From the IMG/VR virus record IMGVR_UViG_3300049988_000286, positions 416,001 to 480,000 of that record: a DNA stretch of 64,000 bases. One strand, 5' to 3'. This document shows, one piece after another, positions 58,118 through 64,000 of this stretch; position 1 is the stretch's first letter; every line of letters begins with the position of its first letter. The notes below the pieces were generated by a model, which made no database searches, was not told the origin of the DNA, and saw only the letters and a program-made list of their open reading frames with translations. This DNA comes from a virus (Duplodnaviria > Caudoviricetes). The translations under genes were made by a program, and so were the position numbers.

Positions 58118-58927
58118 ATGGATATCACGATCGACAATATGCGCGCCATGGGGATGCGACCTAAGTGGTTCGGCCTCGGCTTCATCCAAATGAAGGCCAA
58201 CGCCAACACGCGATTTCATTTTTGGCACCCCGACCTCCCTGCTGACGATGACCATTACGCCGATGAGTGGCACGATCATCGCTACGATTTCACCTCCACG
58301 GTGATGCGCGGCAGCCTTGTGACCCAAATCGCCACGGTGGTGCCGATTGCGGGCGGCAGGACGGCGCAATACCACGTTTGTTGTCAGACAGGCCAACTCG
58401 CCCTCGACGGCACCGTTGATGCCACGCCATCGACTACCTTCACCACCCCGGCGGGAAATAACTATTTTCTCCACCGCGATGTTTTTCACCGCGTGCGACC
58501 CGGCGGTGATGGCCGTGTGGCGACCTTGCAGGAGCGCTACAATGAAGTGAAGGCTACCGCGCGCGTCGTCCGTGCGATGGGGCGGGAATCCGCCAACCCG
58601 TTCGATAGTCATATTCCGGAGGAGCGCTTGTGGGAGGTGATCCGCGACATCTGGGACGAGCCTCTCGCCACGGTGGACAATCCGGGTTATCACCTTTCAC
58701 CTATCCCTTGCGGCGTCCTCGGTGAGGCCTCGAAGGTGTTGGAGGAAGCCTTGGAGTTGGTCGATGCCGAGCGTCAGGATGCGCGCATCATGGAATTGGT
58801 AGAGTTGAGCGATCTCCTCGGGGCGGTTCGCGCCTTCATGGACCGCCGCCATCCCGGATACTCGATCGACGATCTCAAGGTTTTCTCCGACATCACCCGC
58901 CGCGCGTTTGAGAATGGCCATCGATGA
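58118..58927 (+). CDS. Cupin-like domain fused to MazG-like NTP pyrophosphatase domain
   Basis: FHFWHP...HDHRYDFTS...FHRV; KVLEEALEL...ELSDLLGAV. Confidence 0.65.
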   Translation: MDITIDNMRAMGMRPKWFGLGFIQMKANANTRFHFWHPDLPADDDHYADEWHDHRYDFTSTVMRGSLVTQIATVVPIAGGRTAQYHVCCQTGQLALDGTVDATPSTTFTTPAGNNYFLHRDVFHRVRPGGDGRVATLQERYNEVKATARVVRAMGRESANPFDSHIPEERLWEVIRDIWDEPLATVDNPGYHLSPIPCGVLGEASKVLEEALELVDAERQDARIMELVELSDLLGAVRAFMDRRHPGYSIDDLKVFSDITRRAFENGHR

Positions 58928-59436
58928 ACATCGACTACCGCATCATCGCTGACGCGATCGACCACTACCGCGCAGTCGGTTACCGACAGGTAGAGGTTCC
59001 GTGGATGGTCGATCGCGCGGTAGTGGCTCAAACATTTCTTGGTCGCGGCTTTGGGGTTGATGATGGGCGCGTGCTGGTGGGATCGGCTGAACAGGGCTTT
59101 ATCGCTTCACCCCATCGGGGTAAATTGATGGCGTGTTCGCCGTGTTTCCGTCCTGACACGATTGATGAGTTTCATCAGGAGCAATTCGTCAAACTTGAAC
59201 TTTACAACGACGTGGAGACCAGTGACGCTGATCTTCAATCCATGATCCGCGAAGCACGGTCATTTTTCGCCCGGCATGGCGAGGCCAAGATCGAGGAGAC
59301 TGTCGAGGGTTGGGACATCACCATCGCGGGTATCGAGGTTGGTAGTTATGGACGCCGCCGCCACGATGATACGACTTGGCTATATGGAACCGGTGTGGCT
59401 TTACCCAGATTGAGTATCGCACAGCTTTGGTTATAA
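58924..59436 (+). CDS. Stand-alone class II aminoacyl-tRNA-synthetase-like catalytic domain
   Basis: Motif 1 Y-x2-VEVP, motif 2 FRPD...H...FVKLE, IEVGS, motif 3 GTGVALPRL; no anticodon domain. Confidence 0.7.
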   Translation: MNIDYRIIADAIDHYRAVGYRQVEVPWMVDRAVVAQTFLGRGFGVDDGRVLVGSAEQGFIASPHRGKLMACSPCFRPDTIDEFHQEQFVKLELYNDVETSDADLQSMIREARSFFARHGEAKIEETVEGWDITIAGIEVGSYGRRRHDDTTWLYGTGVALPRLSIAQLWL

Positions 59437-59492
59437 CGACATAAGTTCATCCTCCAGCCGATAAATATCGGATAGATCGGAGGAGGAGTAAC

Positions 59493-60122
59493 ATGGCTGG
59501 TGGGTACGTTTTTCTTGAGGAACGCTATGGAAACTCACCCCCTTATCGATCGTGTTATTGGTCTGATGACGGCACTGTCAACGGTGTCTTGACGCGAGCC
59601 AACCACGTAGATGGTGGCGCTGGCGGAACCGATCCCGCACTCCTTCAAGCGATTCGCGACCGGCTCCCGGATGATCTAGGGGCACAAGCCGCAGCGGAAA
59701 GCCTCTCGGTGGTCTTCGCCACCGACGCTACGAATGTCTCGCGTTCCGACGTGCAGACGCTGGCGACAACGATGCATAATGATCTTTCCGCCATTGTGGC
59801 CAAGATTGACACTGCGCCCATCCCGGCAGGAACTGCTGTGATCGGCTATGTGAAGCAGCGTGGCTCCAGCGATTATGCAACCGGACAGGTGACTGTTGGA
59901 GCAACTCCGGTAATGATCGTAGCAGCGCGACCAACGCGTTCCAAGTTGGTATTGAGTCCCACGACTGCGGCGGCGTTCTATGTCGGTGGCCCCGGTGTCT
60001 CATCAACAACGGGAATGTTTATCGGTTCTGGTGGCACGGTGAACATGGAGACGGCCGCAGCCGTTTATGCCGTAGCCGCGTCGAGTTCATTCACTCTGTC
60101 ATATGTCGAATACTGGGCATGA
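59493..60122 (+). CDS. Late hypothetical protein, probably structural
   Basis: TAAATA at 59462-59467 and SD GGAGGAG; beta-rich C-terminus. Confidence 0.7.
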   Translation: MAGGYVFLEERYGNSPPYRSCYWSDDGTVNGVLTRANHVDGGAGGTDPALLQAIRDRLPDDLGAQAAAESLSVVFATDATNVSRSDVQTLATTMHNDLSAIVAKIDTAPIPAGTAVIGYVKQRGSSDYATGQVTVGATPVMIVAARPTRSKLVLSPTTAAAFYVGGPGVSSTTGMFIGSGGTVNMETAAAVYAVAASSSFTLSYVEYWA

Positions 60123-60658
60123 GTGACATAAGCTATTCGACAAACATGGCGGCTTTGGTCAGCCAGACTGCTGCGATCGTTGGTGCACAATCAATGACCA
60201 AGTTCGTCGCCGATGGTGAAACGATAACGCTAGCTGATTTGATGGCGCGCTTTCCCGCAAGCGCTTTGTATAGGGGTTGGTACGCCCATGTCTCCGACCT
60301 TTACGGTAGTCTCGACGAGGTGTTGCGCTGCCGCTTCGACGGATTATTCTATCGCTGGGTGCCGCAGCGTGACCAGTACATTCAGAACTCGCCGATAGCG
60401 AGTGGCACGATTGCCCTCACGCCGATGTTCATGGCACCGATTGTCAACCTTACCGCGAATCCGACCAGTAACATCATGGTGGTTCCGTCCTCGCAATACG
60501 CCTACCTTGGCCAGACCTTCCGTGTTAATCAGCTTGGTGTCTTGGGTGTTTTTGGTATTAGCATCAGCGGTTTGCTCGGAGGGGGCACTGTTCCTCTGTT
60601 GAGCGGAAGCAGTAAGCTGATGGTTTTCGACGTGGGTGGATGGCGAGTTATCGCCTGA
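60119..60658 (+). CDS. Late hypothetical protein, probably structural
   Basis: ATGA coupling to the previous gene. Confidence 0.7.
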   Translation: MSDISYSTNMAALVSQTAAIVGAQSMTKFVADGETITLADLMARFPASALYRGWYAHVSDLYGSLDEVLRCRFDGLFYRWVPQRDQYIQNSPIASGTIALTPMFMAPIVNLTANPTSNIMVVPSSQYAYLGQTFRVNQLGVLGVFGISISGLLGGGTVPLLSGSSKLMVFDVGGWRVIA

Positions 60659-61337
60659 AGTGGCTATAGCCCTTGACTAGCCCGACGCGGAACTCGGTCA
60701 CTGCTACGCTTTTATCAAACTGCCCGGTCAACCGATCGGGGAAATCTGCTACCTGCCATGCGGCATGATCCCATGGTTGCACCGAGCGTGCCGGTGCTCC
60801 CTTCCATGCGCCACCGCCAGATGAACTGATTTTGCTCTTCGGCCAATAGGTCTCTGGATCGAGCCCAGCGATGAAGTCGGCACTCGCCCTCTGCGCGTCT
60901 TCGTACTCGGAAAACGGTCCAAGTGTCGTGGAGGTCTTCTCGTCATCTGCCGTCCACCAACTGACTTCCGCATGTAGGACCGATTCGCGACGGGGATAGA
61001 TCGTCACCGGGATGTTCTTGCCACCACGCCGCATCACCATGGCGGTTCGGTGTCGGCCTTCGTGGCCCAGAACAGCCCCGGATGGAAAGGCGACGTTGAG
61101 GAAAGGCATTTCGAAACGCCCAAAGCCTTCATCGCGTCCACGCTCATCCCGGTATTGATCCGCATCGAGGGGGAAAGGGCGGGCAAGGATATCTGCGAGG
61201 ACTTCGGGGGTGGAGGTCAACCGTAGGAAATCCATGGGAGCCATTGTGATGATGAAGGCCCCGTAGCTACCACGAACGCGACCCATGGTGTTGCGCACTA
61301 GCGGGAGATTGCTTTCAAGTAAATCACAGAGCAGCAT
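60648..61337 (-). CDS. ParB/Srx-like protein with capsid-targeting N-terminus
   Basis: MLLCDLLE 4 nt after TAAATA; PFL...VLGHEGRHR. Confidence 0.7.
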   Translation of the reverse strand: MLLCDLLESNLPLVRNTMGRVRGSYGAFIITMAPMDFLRLTSTPEVLADILARPFPLDADQYRDERGRDEGFGRFEMPFLNVAFPSGAVLGHEGRHRTAMVMRRGGKNIPVTIYPRRESVLHAEVSWWTADDEKTSTTLGPFSEYEDAQRASADFIAGLDPETYWPKSKISSSGGGAWKGAPARSVQPWDHAAWQVADFPDRLTGQFDKSVAVTEFRVGLVKGYSHFRR

Positions 61338-61384
61338 GGTGTATTTAGATTGACGCCTCGGTGTAGTTCGCGTATCGCCAAGGT

Positions 61385-61549
61385 ATGAACCTTTTCGTCT
61401 CCCTCGTTCTCGCGCTCGCAACCCTCGGCGCGGGCATCATCCTCTCCGTCACGGTGCCACGCTGGTTCGAGCACCGTCATCGCTCGGCGGTGATGATCAC
61501 CATCTGGTTGATCTCGCTGGTGACGGCTGTTGGGCTGATCTTCGCGTGA
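61385..61549 (+). CDS. 54-aa two-TM membrane protein
   Basis: Manually translated (MNLFVSLVLAL...); its TGA overlaps the TyrRS GTG. Confidence 0.55.
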   Translation: MNLFVSLVLALATLGAGIILSVTVPRWFEHRHRSAVMITIWLISLVTAVGLIFA

Positions 61550-62736
61550 ACATTCTCGAACGCCTTCGTGAGCGCGGCCTTTTCAAGGACGCGACCTTCA
61601 CTGCTGCGCCGGAGGTGACCACCGCGTATGTGGGCTTCGACCTCACCGCGCCGTCGCTCCACGTCGGTTCGCTCATCCCCCTGATGGCGATGCGCTGGCT
61701 CGCGATGTCAGGGCACCGGGTCTTCGCACTACTCGGGGAGGCGACGACGCGGATCGGCGATCCCTCGGGTAAGGACGAGACGCGCCGAATGCTCGGTGAG
61801 GATGAGATCGAGCGCAATCGTCAAGGCATCGAGGCGGTCATTCGCCGCATCGTCCCAGACGCGACGATCGTCTCCAACGGCGACTGGTTCAACGGCGTCG
61901 ATCCATCCTTCATGTCGTTCCTCGTCGATTATGGTCCGCACTTCACGGTCAATCGCATGATGGCCATGGATTCGGTGAAGCGTCGGCTCGATCGGCACCA
62001 ACCCCTGACCTTCCTCGAATTCAGCTACTCGCTCTTACAGGCCGTGGACTTTCGAGAGATGCATCTGCGCCACGGCGTTGATCTCCAGATCGGTGGATCG
62101 GACCAGTGGGGCAACATCGTCTCCGGTGTGGAGGTAGTGCGTCGCCGCGACGGGAAGGAGGTCATGGGTCTCACCACGCCGCTGCTCCTCGATCGCGAGG
62201 GCAACAAAATGGGTAAGTCACAGGGTCGCCCGGTCTGGCTCGACGCAGAGATGACACCGGTCTTCGACTTCTTCCAGTTCTGGCGCAACTGCGCGGATGA
62301 GGATGTAGAGCGCTTCTACCTGATGTTCACCACCGTGGCGAAAGTGTCCATCGACGCGATGGTGCGCAGCCGCGTCGCGCCCCTCGATATCAATCGTGTA
62401 AAGAAGGCCTTGGCGTTCGACATCACCGAAGTGGTGCATGGCCGGGAAGCAGCGCGCGCCGCACTCGCCCATGCGGAAGCGGTCTTCGAGCGCGGTGATA
62501 CCACCAAACTCACACCGTCGATGACCCTGACGGCCCCGCGATCTCTCGTGGAGGTCATGGTGGCGCTCGGACTCGCGGAGTCGAAGTCGGCGGCTCGGCG
62601 GCTCATCGCCGGTAACGCCGTGTCTCTCGATGGTGAAAAGATCAGTCAAGATCGCCTGATTGATCACGATGTCGTAATTCGTGCTGGTAAGAAGGCACCC
62701 TTGATGGTAGAGTTCGCTCCGGAGACAAATCAATGA
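61546..62736 (+). CDS. tyrS: Tyrosyl-tRNA synthetase
   Basis: GFDLTAPSLHVGS (HIGH), IGDPSGK, GGSDQWGNI, KMGKS, C-terminal S4 domain. Confidence 0.95.
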   Translation: MNILERLRERGLFKDATFTAAPEVTTAYVGFDLTAPSLHVGSLIPLMAMRWLAMSGHRVFALLGEATTRIGDPSGKDETRRMLGEDEIERNRQGIEAVIRRIVPDATIVSNGDWFNGVDPSFMSFLVDYGPHFTVNRMMAMDSVKRRLDRHQPLTFLEFSYSLLQAVDFREMHLRHGVDLQIGGSDQWGNIVSGVEVVRRRDGKEVMGLTTPLLLDREGNKMGKSQGRPVWLDAEMTPVFDFFQFWRNCADEDVERFYLMFTTVAKVSIDAMVRSRVAPLDINRVKKALAFDITEVVHGREAARAALAHAEAVFERGDTTKLTPSMTLTAPRSLVEVMVALGLAESKSAARRLIAGNAVSLDGEKISQDRLIDHDVVIRAGKKAPLMVEFAPETNQ

Positions 62737-63455
62737 TCACCCATCTACTGCTCGCCGCTGCTTCGCTGATCGGCCTTGACTATAGCGCGACGCTCAAGGG
62801 CACCGCCCTCGATCCGGCGCGGCGATCAACCGGCGTGGCGCGTGAAGTCTTCGTCTCGACCCTCAACGGTCCGCAGAAGCCGGGCGTCGAGGTGGAAATC
62901 CGAGGACGCAAGCTAGTGGTGTTCGAGACCTGCATGGCGAACTTCTGTCCCTTCTCCCACAGCGTCATTGCGATCGATCCAGAGACGCACGCCCTCTACG
63001 CGGCATCGTTCACCGACGAGGGCAAACAGGTAGTGGTGGGCAATCCCGAGATCGAGCAACTGATCGGTCGGGCGTGCGATGAAGTCGAATGCGACTTCGA
63101 GAAGGTCATCGCGACTGCCCAGCCGGTTCGGGGCGAGACGCTTCCCGATAGTGCTGCCGCCGATGAGGGGGCATCCTGCACCGCTGTGCGCGCCAGTGAC
63201 GGCGGCAAACTGCTCGTCACGTCGGGGAATGCGCTGATGCGGTGGAAGGGCGTGATGCGCCGCCTTCGCGAGCCCGGTATCGGCGGACCCACGCTTTATA
63301 GCGAGGATCAGGGTTCGCCGATCGTCGTGACCCTCAAGCCTCGACCCGGCGCAGTCAAGATGCTGGAAGAGGGTTCGGTCAGGCCGATGACCCTTTCGGT
63401 GTTGGACAACAACGCCGTGACGAGCGTCGATGTTCTGCTGCGATGCGAGGCCTGA
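62733..63455 (+). CDS. Secreted Cys-containing hypothetical protein
   Basis: N-terminal signal peptide; paired Cys. Confidence 0.65.
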   Translation: MITHLLLAAASLIGLDYSATLKGTALDPARRSTGVAREVFVSTLNGPQKPGVEVEIRGRKLVVFETCMANFCPFSHSVIAIDPETHALYAASFTDEGKQVVVGNPEIEQLIGRACDEVECDFEKVIATAQPVRGETLPDSAAADEGASCTAVRASDGGKLLVTSGNALMRWKGVMRRLREPGIGGPTLYSEDQGSPIVVTLKPRPGAVKMLEEGSVRPMTLSVLDNNAVTSVDVLLRCEA

Positions 63456-63730
63456 CAGTGGGCCGCTGGGGCACCCGTGATGGACGCCTACATACGATCG
63501 AGTGGCAGAGCGATGTTGTGATCGAGCAAGGGCTGCGCGTCGGCCGCAACTTCCACAACGGCGAGGACTCCTATCGCTACCGGGAGTTGCCGCGCGGAGG
63601 GGTGGAACTCGTTATCCGCTATCGGACCTTCGGGATCGAGGACGTGCGCACCATGCGGGACCGTCGCCAAGCTGGTAAGTACGCCTCCACGCTGTGGCTG
63701 CGAGAGTACAACAAGAGGATCGAGGCATGA
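63443..63730 (+). CDS. Hypothetical protein (95 aa)
   Basis: Overlapping ORF in the operon. Confidence 0.55.
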   Translation: MRGLTVGRWGTRDGRLHTIEWQSDVVIEQGLRVGRNFHNGEDSYRYRELPRGGVELVIRYRTFGIEDVRTMRDRRQAGKYASTLWLREYNKRIEA

Positions 63731-63996
63731 AGATTACCGAGCCGAGTGCCAAGCGTCGCACAATCCCGCTCAAGCGTCTCTGGCGTATGTGCAGGGACGA
63801 GGAAGCGCTCGCCACGATCGCTTATAGGCATCGCCTCGATGAGGTGCATGAGTGCTGCCGCCGCCGCAATCTCCTCATGGATGCGATCTTCCATCATCCG
63901 GACAACATCTACAGCAGAGGCGCGATCTCGTCGCGGATCATCCACGGGCTGTCGGGGCACGAGGATCGTCTCAAGGACGAGTTCCCCGCATCGTGA
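63727..63996 (+). CDS. Hypothetical protein (MKITEPS...)
   Basis: ATGA coupling; SD GAGG. Confidence 0.55.
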   Translation: MKITEPSAKRRTIPLKRLWRMCRDEEALATIAYRHRLDEVHECCRRRNLLMDAIFHHPDNIYSRGAISSRIIHGLSGHEDRLKDEFPAS

Positions 63997-64000
63997 TCAA

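Overview
This is a 64-kb segment of a GC-rich (roughly 60%) T4-like jumbo myophage genome. The gene set resembles the GAP32/RaK2/Atu_ph07 kind of jumbo phage, and the host is probably a sphingomonad alphaproteobacterium (inferred from host-like TyrRS, pyrE and a glycine-zipper protein). Core genes are gp41-like helicase, gp61-like primase, a minimal DnaE catalytic core, UvsW, UvsY, UvsX, gp32 and large terminase with an adjacent free-standing homing endonuclease. Accessory genes include AlkB, dCMP deaminase, peptide deformylase, pyrE, M23 and SprT peptidases, TyrRS, two GNATs and a cupin-MazG / class II aaRS-like pair. The best new signal is that both tRNA arrays sit behind a late promoter and a tiny leaderless ORF starting M-N-T whose codons match the downstream tRNAs: MNTQSHHTYYHYHA before tRNA-Tyr/His/Tyr-like/His, and MNTTYTLMERERSIG before two tRNA-Glu. 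Each leader is embedded in alternative hairpins, which suggests a codon-sensing switch that releases phage tRNAs when the matching host tRNAs are depleted. Several of these tRNAs are structurally non-canonical. Other findings are a ~560-nt ORF-free, densely structured RNA candidate, 19 TAAATA late promoters 4-5 nt before start codons (leaderless late mRNAs), about 14 proteins with a T4-like capsid-targeting N-terminus, a recurrent ATAGTTCG promoter box and a large paralogous small-protein family. All assignments come from motif recognition by eye; no database searches were run.
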